Positions 8,839 through 17,618 of a stretch of 59,756 bases of DNA are shown piece by piece. The position numbers and the translations under genes were made by a program. Each line of letters opens with the position of its first letter. Position 1 is the stretch's first letter. The notes beneath the pieces were generated by a model. It made no database searches. It had not been told where the DNA came from and saw only the letters and a program-made list of their open reading frames with translations. This DNA comes from an uncultured bacterium (GTDB lineage: Bacteria > Patescibacteriota > Minisyncoccia > Phycocordibacterales > PALSA-1337): assembly GCA_903839725.1 (NCBI GenBank), contig CAIMDG010000001.1:173559-233314 (forward strand), written 5' to 3'.

Positions 8839-8842
8839 AGTT

Positions 8843-9859
8843 TTATGCGGTTTTTTCTCGCATTTGTTTGAGGAAATTCACCACACCTGCATTTTGAGAC
8901 TGCAGAGTGGTCCTGTCACCCACTTTTGCAGGCATTGATACCCTAGGATGACTTCCTAGGAGCTCTCTTATCACAATTTCACGCCCTGTATCCCTTCCTA
9001 TACGATCAAAGAGGCTAATCGCCATCTCAAGAAAGAAGGCGGATAACTCTCGAGCGTTGTCGGTAGGCAGACTTGTCCATTTTTCAATCATACCGAATGG
9101 CAGGATATATGGAAATGCACAACTGTGTCCTTCGACAGTTTGAATTGGCACAAAGCTGTGAGCAACAGGCTCACCGACTACACGTCCGCATCCTGGCATG
9201 AATGGAATAAGGTCTCGATCAGCGATCCATTCAATAAGGTTTTCAAAACAACGTACCACCACGAGTTCGCCTTCAAACACTTGCTCGATGATAGTTTTTG
9301 TTTTGGTATCACAGAATCCAAGAATAACCATTGCAACTTCAACACCTCGATTTTCCAGTTCCTTGAGGATGTAAAGACAAGTATTACCCCTGAACGCACC
9401 TTCCTTTGCCAGAATTACTGGACGACCCGAAATCTTCCTAGCCAACTCATCGAACTGGCGATCCAAATAATCAAATCCGGGACGGGGACCATACCCAAGC
9501 ATTTTTCCATCTGTATCAAACATTCGGTTAATGCTAAGGTTTAGCTTTTCATCACCAGAATTCAAATCGGCCATCTCGGAACAGGTGACTAGAACGGCGT
9601 GCTGGTTGTTTACAGCGGTGTGCCGGTTGACCTGATCCCAGATCTCAAGCCGAAGCTCGTTCTTGTCGACGGGGTGAATCACGACATTCGGAAGCACACG
9701 AGCTACCCTTTCGAGAAGACTCTGGCGCAGTTGCTCAAACATCAGATCTTCGTGGTTTGGGACCATTAGACCTTTTGAGCGAAAAGACTGAATACTACTT
9801 GCTACGTCAAAGGAAACCACACAGGTTCCCCGACTGAGTGCCGAATTGGCAGATTGCAT
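8843..9859 (-). CDS. Hypothetical protein with a divergent phosphoribosyltransferase-like core
   Basis: GRPVILAKEGAFRGNTCLYILKELENRGVEV aligns by eye with the PurF-type PRPP loop (VVLVDDSIVRGTT), but the acidic pair is replaced by KE. Strong AGGAGG Shine-Dalgarno. About 50% GC. Confidence 0.45.
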   Translation of the reverse strand: MQSANSALSRGTCVVSFDVASSIQSFRSKGLMVPNHEDLMFEQLRQSLLERVARVLPNVVIHPVDKNELRLEIWDQVNRHTAVNNQHAVLVTCSEMADLNSGDEKLNLSINRMFDTDGKMLGYGPRPGFDYLDRQFDELARKISGRPVILAKEGAFRGNTCLYILKELENRGVEVAMVILGFCDTKTKTIIEQVFEGELVVVRCFENLIEWIADRDLIPFMPGCGRVVGEPVAHSFVPIQTVEGHSCAFPYILPFGMIEKWTSLPTDNARELSAFFLEMAISLFDRIGRDTGREIVIRELLGSHPRVSMPAKVGDRTTLQSQNAGVVNFLKQMREKTA

Positions 9860-9947
9860 AGGAACCTCCTTTTTTATGGTTGTTTAAGTGACTGTATTGA
9901 AAGAACACACCCTGTCCAGTTTATATGAAATAGTAAAAGAATACTAA

Positions 9948-10271
9948 TTATTTTTGCTCGCCTTTCATTCTATCTATCATCATTTTGTACCCACCACAAC
10001 CCTCTTTCAGCCAACGATTAATTTTTGTAATAGTTACTGGAGACTCACCTGATTCTTCTTGTATTTGAGAAAACGGAACACCCGCATCAAGTTTCTTTGC
10101 AACTTCCCAACGCATAGCAAATTCACGAAGATCTCTTTCACTCATTAGATCCCTGAAAAACGCCTTGAGCTCGTCTTCATTCTTAAGCGACAAAAACACC
10201 TTGAGCAAATCTGGAGATTTCTGTTCAAGCTCCTTCCATATCCCATTTTTTTCTTCATCTGTCATAGGCAT
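9948..10271 (-). CDS. TrpR-like YerC/YecD family protein
   Basis: 107 aa. RDLREFAMRWEVAKKL...SPVTITKINRWLK matches the Trp-repressor-like HTH pattern. Confidence 0.7.
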   Translation of the reverse strand: MPMTDEEKNGIWKELEQKSPDLLKVFLSLKNEDELKAFFRDLMSERDLREFAMRWEVAKKLDAGVPFSQIQEESGESPVTITKINRWLKEGCGGYKMMIDRMKGEQK

Positions 10272-10300
10272 ACTTTAACTAATTATAACACAAATATCTA

Positions 10301-11167
10301 CTACCAACAGAGCTGAGCTGTTTCCCCTATCTTTTGCGATAGATAATTCTGTGCAGCAGTCTCATCTCCGATTTCATCAATCAGCCCGAGTGACTTTGCT
10401 TTATCTCCAAGCATTGATGATCCGTCTGCAATACCGGTTACCTTATCTACTGATAAATTTCTATTTGCCGCAACATCATTTATGAAATTTTGTTGAATCT
10501 TTTTAATATCTCTCAAGATAAGAGCTTTTTCATCAGCGGTCATAACTTTGGCTGGATTTCCTGTGTCTTTATATTTCCCCACTGAAAGTTGAACAAACTT
10601 TTTACTAGGATCAGTATCTTGAACATACGATGCGGTTACACCAATACTTCCAACATCAGAGTTTAATGATGCGAATATTTTTCCCGCACTACTTATAGCC
10701 CAATATGCAGCAGAGGTACCTGACTGTCTGATTACGGCGACACTCGGCTTTGTCGCACTTTTTAAAGCATTGGCTATTTCTTCTCCGGCAACGGGTTGTC
10801 CGCCTGGCGAATCAACTTCAATTAGAATTGCCTTTATTGTATTGTCTTGATCTGCTTTTTGAATTAGAGACACAATATTTTCACTAGCCACAACATCTGT
10901 ATCTACCGTTGGATCTGCATCATTAGGTTTCGGAATGTAGGTATATATCGCACCATGTAGATTTATTCCGAGAACATTACAAGAAGTTTTACTTCCAGTA
11001 TCAGACGTTGAATCAACTACTGACGACATCTCTGGTTTAAATTTATTATATAAAAATAAACTAGCAATGTTTAAGATAAATATTACAATCAAAATCCCTG
11101 TAGTAAAAAATAACTGATGATGCTTTTGAAAGAATTCGCAAGTTTTTTTTCCAGAAAAATATCGCAT
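10301..11167 (-). CDS. sppA: Signal peptide peptidase SppA (S49, 36K type)
   Basis: N-terminal TM segment, then IKAILIEVDSPGGQPVAGEEI and GTSAAYWAISSAGKIFA (Ser nucleophile region). Confidence 0.8.
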   Translation of the reverse strand: MRYFSGKKTCEFFQKHHQLFFTTGILIVIFILNIASLFLYNKFKPEMSSVVDSTSDTGSKTSCNVLGINLHGAIYTYIPKPNDADPTVDTDVVASENIVSLIQKADQDNTIKAILIEVDSPGGQPVAGEEIANALKSATKPSVAVIRQSGTSAAYWAISSAGKIFASLNSDVGSIGVTASYVQDTDPSKKFVQLSVGKYKDTGNPAKVMTADEKALILRDIKKIQQNFINDVAANRNLSVDKVTGIADGSSMLGDKAKSLGLIDEIGDETAAQNYLSQKIGETAQLCW

Positions 11168-11224
11168 TTAATTTATTTTGAGAACAGTATACCACATCAT
11201 TTGAAAAAGATTGACATTCGTACT

Positions 11225-11449
11225 ATGATATTGTTTATGAATAATAGCAATGGATACATGGTCGGGGTTTGGATTGTTGGAGTTCTTTCTTTTGCTGCTA
11301 TCTGGCTTTACGCACTTGTTTCTTGGGGCTTTCTTTTGGGTCTTATGTTCGGATGGATTCCTGCTTTGATTGGAGGCACGATTTTGGGTTTTCTTTGGCC
11401 TTTAGTTGTATTGGCAGTTATTGGTCTGATTATTTTAATATCAAAGTAA
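11225..11449 (+). CDS. Small integral membrane protein (about 75 aa)
   Basis: Internal ATG of track ORF 11117-11449; the upstream part overlaps sppA antisense. Two or three TM helices (VGVWIVGVLSFAAIWLYALV..., LWPLVVLAVIGLIILI). Confidence 0.5.
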   Translation: MILFMNNSNGYMVGVWIVGVLSFAAIWLYALVSWGFLLGLMFGWIPALIGGTILGFLWPLVVLAVIGLIILISK

Positions 11450-11596
11450 GTCAACTAGTTCTACGGCATCCTCCTCGTCCAAACCTTCATCATCCATAAG
11501 CTCTTTTACTTTTTCTGCAGTCTCAATATCAACGCCTTGATTTTCGGCTATTTCTGCAATCTCTATAATTTCTGATGGATCTTTATCTTCAAGCAT
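11441..11596 (-). CDS. 51-aa hyper-acidic protein, last gene of the RM-linked operon
   Basis: Below the track cutoff. Sequence MLEDKDPSEIIEIAEIAENQGVDIETAEKVKELMDDEGLDEEDAVELVDLL has 20 D/E and 3 K. The ATG lies 13 nt after the giant gene's stop. Confidence 0.4.
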   Translation of the reverse strand: MLEDKDPSEIIEIAEIAENQGVDIETAEKVKELMDDEGLDEEDAVELVDLL

Positions 11597-11609
11597 AAAT
11601 GTTTATAAA

Positions 11610-14600
11610 TTAATCGAATCTTAGATCTTGAAGATCGGAATCGATATCTTCCTGTTTTGCGTGATTATCATACCAATCAGCAAGCTCCTTGAGTATCATG
11701 GCTGTGCGAGGCCATTCAATTTTTACCTTATCTGACATATCTTTGTAGTGTTTCGACAGCCCTCTTTCTTGATTGCCCCCATCCCCAATACCACGACACA
11801 CAACACCCCTGTTATTGAAAACTCCGACTCTAATATGTTTATCAATTAATGGGCTATTCAGTTTTTCTATCAAATTCCTAACTGCAACATGGGGCCATGT
11901 GCCATCCATATCGCTTGGTGCATGAGAAAGTAGTTCGGCAATTTTCATGTCACCACCACGAGTATAACCGTTGTCTTTGCATAATCTTCTCACTGACTCA
12001 ACCCATTGAATCAACTCTTTCTCGTCAATTGAGCCATCATCTTTTGAACCAGGTAATGTTTGCCATCGATGAAGAACTTCCCAAGCATTTTTAGCTATAG
12101 TTTCTTTTTGCTTTTGTGATAAATCCTTTTGATTTTCATCAGGGGTGTGATCGTCGTTTTTAAACATAAACGTAATCAGTTGTACAAAAAAGGAAGGGTC
12201 CTTTTCAAGTGAGCGATATATTGCTAAGCGAGATGATGTATATCTTGATATATCTTTTAGAAGCGGACCGAACGGCCACTCCAATCTAGCCATTTCTTCA
12301 ACAGTTAATTCATTACGTTCGTAAATTTGATTAAAAACGTGACCGAGATGATATTCATCCATAACATCTCCAATCTTCTTTTCTTCCTCATTGTCAGTAA
12401 ATACCAAATCCTGAAGTAGCCTTTTTAATAAGGCACTGGGTAATGATATTTTTGGGTCCCCAGCAATTTGAAGTGCAGCAGCCGGACGCTTTACATCGAG
12501 CAATTGTTCTACAGCAACCGCAGCTTCATCAGTCTTTCCATTAAGTGAATACATTCTCACCTTTTTCCAGTACCCCTCGTTAACTGCCTTTGCCTCCAAA
12601 AACAAATCATTCCAAGTATCAGAACCTGTAGGCATTCCCAGATACATCAAAGAAGCTACCTCATCTGTATATAGATTTTCTGATCTCAATCTGGCTATTT
12701 GTGATTTTACCCATTCTTTTCCTTTGATCTCAATTCGTCCCATTGTGTAGCCAATAATTAGGCCTGAATTGTTTGGAAGTTGTCCTATAAATGCATCAAG
12801 AATTTTTTTATCTTCAGCTTCATCTTTTACAACCTTACCGATCGCATTACCAAAAAGTAGAATATACTGATTTGTCTTTGCAAAATCAAAAATTGAATCA
12901 AAATTACAACTATCAAGAACCTCTCTCGCAGCCCTCTCTCGCATTTCAGTAATTTGTACCTCATTATTTTTATAGTCTTTCTGATCCCCATCTGGCAATC
13001 TTGGCCAAGGATTATTCAAAAGCCACCCGTTTTTTTGAATCACATCATTTGGGATATATTTATCAAGAACACGAGCTAATCCATCCCTATATATTTGAAA
13101 TTTCTTCTCAGAATCAAAACTATTTATCCAATTAAGTGCTTCTCGTGTTTCCTTGAGTAAATTTTCTATTTCTTCTTTTGAAAAAACAACAGGGTCCCCT
13201 TTTTCTAAAGCTTCAATTAATTTTTCTCGCATCTCTGGAGACAGTCGAATAAAATGTCCCATTGAAGAAATCTGATTCTTAGTGCGACACGCTAATTCTA
13301 TAAATATTGGGAATATACCCCTTAGATAGTCATTGTATTCCTTGTTGGTTTCCTGTTCTAAGCCAGTTCTTGTACCACCTGTTTCTCTCCATCTAAAGTG
13401 ATGTGATGGAGATATACTTCCCATATCAAAATAACCAAGAGAAATTTTCCACATCGACTCAGGTTCCTTTTTGGATAAAGACTTGAACACTGTTACTCGA
13501 TTTTCAGGCTTTACGTGAGTTTGAGGTAAACCAGGAACAAATACATCCTTGAGTGAATTTCCTGGTCTATTACCCCATCGTCCACCCTTATCGATCTTTG
13601 CTAGGTCTAGCAGTACCCCTGTTGTCTTAGTAAAATAATCCGCACTCCACGACAAACCTTCGAGTGCCCATAGTAAACCACTATGCTTACACTCTCCCCA
13701 TAGCGAATCATCATCGCCCATTAATTCTATAAATACTTCAGGTTTTTCTTTTAGCATTTTCTCGACAGATTCAAGAAATCCAATCGGCGATGCTTCTGAT
13801 AAAAGAGGACTTACATCGCTTAATGACGCCCATACCTCCCAAGTTGTTGCCTGTTCAAAAATATTTCTAACTATTTTATCAGCAAAAAAACAAATTGATG
13901 TTGTGGTCGATGATCTGTCGTCATACACAGATAATAACGCCAATGATTCAACTAGACCTGTTCTGAGCCATTCTGAATATGGATTTGATTTGCCATACAT
14001 ACTTGCAGCCCACCTTTGATCTACCGGTAGATCATATTTGGGATTAGTTTTTGTCAAAACTGCACTAATTGCATCCTCGTATTTTTTTAGTTGGTCATCT
14101 TTTAAATGACGGCCAATTAAAAACCAGACATCCAACGGTGATTTTATCATCCAAACATCTCCGACTTTTCTCAATGGAGAATCATCAATCGACAATAGAC
14201 CAATCAATTTTTTTGAAAAACTTTCATAAGTTTCGCCAGAAAGTACCTCGATGATTTTTTTATCATCATCTTGACGTTCATTCCATGAACCAGCAAACAA
14301 AACGGGAAATAAAATCGAAGCAGTATCAGCTGTTGCCCAAGATGGTGTGCTTACCGCTTTTGATTTGAATAAATGTCTTCTTAATACCGGAATACTCCTT
14401 CCGGAATCTCTAGAAATTCTTTGTGCCTCAGACTCTGACACGCCACTCTTTTTTAGGGCTTTCTCAACAGCATCTCTTTGCGTCCTCGAGAGTTTCATTA
14501 TCCTACCCATATCAATAACCTTCGAATCCATACTCAGGAATACATGATGTCCCTTTGCAACAGCAAATCCTGCTGCTTCAATACAATTACCTGGTGCAGT

Positions 14601-15407
14601 AATAATCAAAGGGTTTTGAAAGGCATCAATACAGGCCCTGAAGTCAGTAAGATTATCTACCACAACACATCTCGATAGAGCCCGAGTTTTCTCTTGATCT
14701 GGTAATAAATCGATTGATCCATACAAGAAAGCAAACGCTTCATCTGGTGCATCTCCTTGTACCTCCAAAATAGACGCCTTTTCATTTATCCATTTCTGAA
14801 TTTTCTCAACGTTGCCAGATCTTCCTCCAACAACCAGATCAGTTGTCATCTGAGGGTTGGTCGATAAGGACCATTCCTCCCAGTAATTTTCTAGACCTCG
14901 AATATCGTGCGACACAGCTTTTCCCATTTGTTTTGCTAGCCATAAAGAAACAGCCGGTGCAGACTCTAGCCACAGTTCAAGTGAATCAGTATTTACAACC
15001 CTTACATCTTTCCATTTTTGCTCTTTCTTTTTTTCTTCAGACCATTTCACCCTCCCTGGCCAGGGACGAGGTGTAACAAACACAAAAGTTGTCTCATCCA
15101 ATTTAACATCGAGAGGGTCGGCTGTTCTTTTAATATAATCAGCTTCTGCCTTACTTTGTGCTGAATTTTCTACACCAATTTCCCATCTTGATTGCCCAGT
15201 AGGAAAAAAAGGAGAAATAGTAGAGGTCTTTAAGCTTCCGTCCCAGCCACTGGTTGCTATACTGTCGCCACTTGGGAAGTGAACATTTTCTGTGGAGGAT
15301 GAGGTTGCAAAAATTAATCTACGGATTAATTCTGGCAGTGTTTGTTGACAATGACGCTGCTTTCCATTTACCCAATTTTTTAAATCGCCACTGTCAATCC
15401 ATTTCAT
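11610..15407 (-). CDS. 1265-aa protein of unknown function, RM-associated
   Basis: Long uninterrupted ORF. The track start at 15455 is a TTG overlapping the REase gene. The ATG at 15407 (MKWIDSGDLKNW) lies 5 nt after the REase stop. I found no Walker A motif. Confidence 0.85.
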   Translation of the reverse strand: MKWIDSGDLKNWVNGKQRHCQQTLPELIRRLIFATSSSTENVHFPSGDSIATSGWDGSLKTSTISPFFPTGQSRWEIGVENSAQSKAEADYIKRTADPLDVKLDETTFVFVTPRPWPGRVKWSEEKKKEQKWKDVRVVNTDSLELWLESAPAVSLWLAKQMGKAVSHDIRGLENYWEEWSLSTNPQMTTDLVVGGRSGNVEKIQKWINEKASILEVQGDAPDEAFAFLYGSIDLLPDQEKTRALSRCVVVDNLTDFRACIDAFQNPLIITAPGNCIEAAGFAVAKGHHVFLSMDSKVIDMGRIMKLSRTQRDAVEKALKKSGVSESEAQRISRDSGRSIPVLRRHLFKSKAVSTPSWATADTASILFPVLFAGSWNERQDDDKKIIEVLSGETYESFSKKLIGLLSIDDSPLRKVGDVWMIKSPLDVWFLIGRHLKDDQLKKYEDAISAVLTKTNPKYDLPVDQRWAASMYGKSNPYSEWLRTGLVESLALLSVYDDRSSTTTSICFFADKIVRNIFEQATTWEVWASLSDVSPLLSEASPIGFLESVEKMLKEKPEVFIELMGDDDSLWGECKHSGLLWALEGLSWSADYFTKTTGVLLDLAKIDKGGRWGNRPGNSLKDVFVPGLPQTHVKPENRVTVFKSLSKKEPESMWKISLGYFDMGSISPSHHFRWRETGGTRTGLEQETNKEYNDYLRGIFPIFIELACRTKNQISSMGHFIRLSPEMREKLIEALEKGDPVVFSKEEIENLLKETREALNWINSFDSEKKFQIYRDGLARVLDKYIPNDVIQKNGWLLNNPWPRLPDGDQKDYKNNEVQITEMRERAAREVLDSCNFDSIFDFAKTNQYILLFGNAIGKVVKDEAEDKKILDAFIGQLPNNSGLIIGYTMGRIEIKGKEWVKSQIARLRSENLYTDEVASLMYLGMPTGSDTWNDLFLEAKAVNEGYWKKVRMYSLNGKTDEAAVAVEQLLDVKRPAAALQIAGDPKISLPSALLKRLLQDLVFTDNEEEKKIGDVMDEYHLGHVFNQIYERNELTVEEMARLEWPFGPLLKDISRYTSSRLAIYRSLEKDPSFFVQLITFMFKNDDHTPDENQKDLSQKQKETIAKNAWEVLHRWQTLPGSKDDGSIDEKELIQWVESVRRLCKDNGYTRGGDMKIAELLSHAPSDMDGTWPHVAVRNLIEKLNSPLIDKHIRVGVFNNRGVVCRGIGDGGNQERGLSKHYKDMSDKVKIEWPRTAMILKELADWYDNHAKQEDIDSDLQDLRFD

Positions 15408-15412
15408 AGTTT

Positions 15413-16201
15413 TTAGTGTCCACGTTCGGTTTGTTTTATTTTTACAATCTCGCAAGGATCAATTTTAAATTGGAGCATAGCCGCTGATGGTCTTCCGTTA
15501 TCTCCACCCTTTCTTTGCATGCCAATTCGACCAATCCTTAGACTACCGTCTCGGGTTATTCTGACTGGACCGTTACCGTAGAAGTTCATGACCATTGCCA
15601 TCGGTAGAAGTGTCCACACGCTTATGTTCTTTTGGTAAAGAAGGAGCCATGATGCTGGGAAGCTGTCTCTGCCCTTGAAGAGATCAGCAACTATGAGTAT
15701 TTTATTTTTCTCAAAAAATTCAATCATCTCGGCCTGCTCTTTCTCACTGAGTTCATCAATAAACATTCTTCGTGGGTCTTTAGGGCTTGGCTTTAAAGGC
15801 ACTGTTTCTCCAGTAAAACATTTTAGATTCTTGGTGATCTGCTCAGGTATACCCCATAACTCGACATATTTATCGACCCATCGCTTATCGATCTGATTGA
15901 AACCTGAGCTGTTGCTTACTAATTTTATTGAAATGTTTTCGATTCCCGTACCTTCTTTAAAGTAAATAGTGATCTCAACCTGAACATCTGTTTTGTGGAA
16001 ACCTGCTATTTTTATAGCTTTCACTTTCTCTATATCATCTAGCTTGTAACCCATTACTAAGAGCCATTTTTGTGCATCCTCATCGGTTTTCCAAGCGTTG
16101 AATTTATCAACAACGTCCTGTTCATTTTTAAATCCGTTTTTAGCAGTAGAAGAACCTCGTTCAATTAATTCTTTTAATTTTAGATCAGTCTCTGATTCCA
16201 T
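15413..16201 (-). CDS. Type II restriction endonuclease, HinP1I/MspI-like
   Basis: TAKNGFKNEQDV...KTDVQVEI...ISIKLVSNSSGFNQIDKRW...QRKGGDNGRPSAAMLQFKIDP matches my recollection of R.HinP1I. Lies immediately downstream of the GCGC-type methylase. Confidence 0.65.
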   Translation of the reverse strand: MESETDLKLKELIERGSSTAKNGFKNEQDVVDKFNAWKTDEDAQKWLLVMGYKLDDIEKVKAIKIAGFHKTDVQVEITIYFKEGTGIENISIKLVSNSSGFNQIDKRWVDKYVELWGIPEQITKNLKCFTGETVPLKPSPKDPRRMFIDELSEKEQAEMIEFFEKNKILIVADLFKGRDSFPASWLLLYQKNISVWTLLPMAMVMNFYGNGPVRITRDGSLRIGRIGMQRKGGDNGRPSAAMLQFKIDPCEIVKIKQTERGH

Positions 16202-16205
16202 ATGT

Positions 16206-17237
16206 TTAAATTTGTGATGTTAGTTTAGGGTGAGCTTTAATAATTTGTTGAAATATCGCTTTCAGCACGGGGACAGAAACACTGTCGCCAAATTGTTTAT
16301 ATGCAAGATTTTTATTTTGAGGTATCTCATAATCCTCTGGGAAACCTTGCATTCGAGCACATTCTCTTGGAGTCAGCTTTCGTACTTTGCCATTGATCAA
16401 ATATGCCCCAGTTTTGCTTGCGGCTCCGCCTCCGTATGCCGATAGCGTAATGCCAGCAGCCTTGGGTGAATAAATCCGTTCTCCTTGCCCTCCGTTGTTA
16501 ATTTGACCAATTTGTAGAGGCCTGCGAGGATCTACAGGGACCGCATCTGGCTTCTTTAAATGTATATCTGGTCTATCAATTATGAAATTCTGAGTATAAT
16601 TCTCATTTTCTAAAATATCCTCGACTGTTTTAACAGTATTCGAGATTGGAGGAAATTCAAAATCCTTGATATGCAAATCTTTTCTAAAAGCAATAATATA
16701 GATTCTTTCTCGAGCTTGTGGCACTCCGTAATCGCTCGATCTTAGAATCTGAGTAAAATAATTGTATCCAATTTTATCGAGAGTATCTTTTACAACCTCT
16801 AGGGTTTTTCCATCATCGTGTTTTGCAAAATTCTTTACATTTTCTAAAAATAAAACATCAGGCTTTACTTTCTTTGCAATTCTTGCGACATCAAAGAAAA
16901 GCGTCCCCCTTGTATCATCAAAACCCTTCATCTTTCCAGAGATACTGAAGGCTTGGCATGGAAATCCTGCACAAAGCACACTATGACTCGGTACTTCTGA
17001 TTCATCTATCTTTGTTATATCCCCATCCGGCATTTCGCCGAAGTTGTTGGCATAAGTTTCTTGTGAATTCTCATCCCATTCTGAGCTGAAGACGCATTCA
17101 CCCCCATGACTTTCTAGGGCGATTCTGAAACCCCCAATGCCAGCAAAAAGATCAATGAACTCAAAGCCTCTTTTGGCTTTTTGCCAACTCTTTTTCTTTT
17201 TTTGTATTTCTACTTTAAATAAAGTGCTTACTGGCAT
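16206..17237 (-). CDS. DNA (cytosine-5) methyltransferase, M.HhaI-like (predicted GCGC)
   Basis: FIDLFAGIGGF (motif I), GFPCQAFSISGK (motif IV), ENVKNF and QARERIYI are present. The TRD segment GQGERIYS...TLSAYGGG...KTGAYLINGKVRKLTPRECARMQGFP closely parallels M.HhaI. Confidence 0.95.
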   Translation of the reverse strand: MPVSTLFKVEIQKKKKSWQKAKRGFEFIDLFAGIGGFRIALESHGGECVFSSEWDENSQETYANNFGEMPDGDITKIDESEVPSHSVLCAGFPCQAFSISGKMKGFDDTRGTLFFDVARIAKKVKPDVLFLENVKNFAKHDDGKTLEVVKDTLDKIGYNYFTQILRSSDYGVPQARERIYIIAFRKDLHIKDFEFPPISNTVKTVEDILENENYTQNFIIDRPDIHLKKPDAVPVDPRRPLQIGQINNGGQGERIYSPKAAGITLSAYGGGAASKTGAYLINGKVRKLTPRECARMQGFPEDYEIPQNKNLAYKQFGDSVSVPVLKAIFQQIIKAHPKLTSQI

Positions 17238-17241
17238 ATTT

Positions 17242-17517
17242 TTATTTGATGATTAAGTTATGCTCTATTAATTTAATAGAAAAATCCCTATTATTTAGTT
17301 TTGTAATTGTTTCTCGGCCGACCATTATTCGGCCAGAGGAGTCAATGCTTTTACCCTCGAGAATCTCTCCTGAAATTTTCACATCAAATTTCTTACCAAG
17401 TAATTTTTTAGCTTCTTTATCATTAGTGATGAAGATATATCCACGATCAGCTTCGCTTTTTGTGAGTCTTCTCACGACGCCATTATTGAGTCTCTTTAAT
17501 CCTTGGTATGCTGCCAT
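17242..17517 (-). CDS. 91-aa protein, possible B3/AbrB-like pseudobarrel DNA binder
   Basis: RRLTKSEADRGYIFITNDKEAKKLLG resembles the B3-domain N-terminal motif (LTxSD...L.IPK). Its stop is 4 nt before the methylase ATG. Confidence 0.35.
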   Translation of the reverse strand: MAAYQGLKRLNNGVVRRLTKSEADRGYIFITNDKEAKKLLGKKFDVKISGEILEGKSIDSSGRIMVGRETITKLNNRDFSIKLIEHNLIIK

Positions 17518-17578
17518 ATTGAATCATTTTACTAGGATTGCGCTAGAATAGCAATATAACAATTCATTCACAGCAAAA

Positions 17579-17587
17579 AATATACCA
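17579..17587 (-). promoter_or_regulatory. Extended -10 element TGGTATATT upstream of the RM operon
   Basis: The reverse complement reads TGGTATATT, about 60 nt upstream of the ATG at 17517. Same type as the promoters at 7324 and 7494. Confidence 0.3.
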
Positions 17588-17618
17588 TTTCTATTTTTCA
17601 GATAGGTAGAGGATCCTA

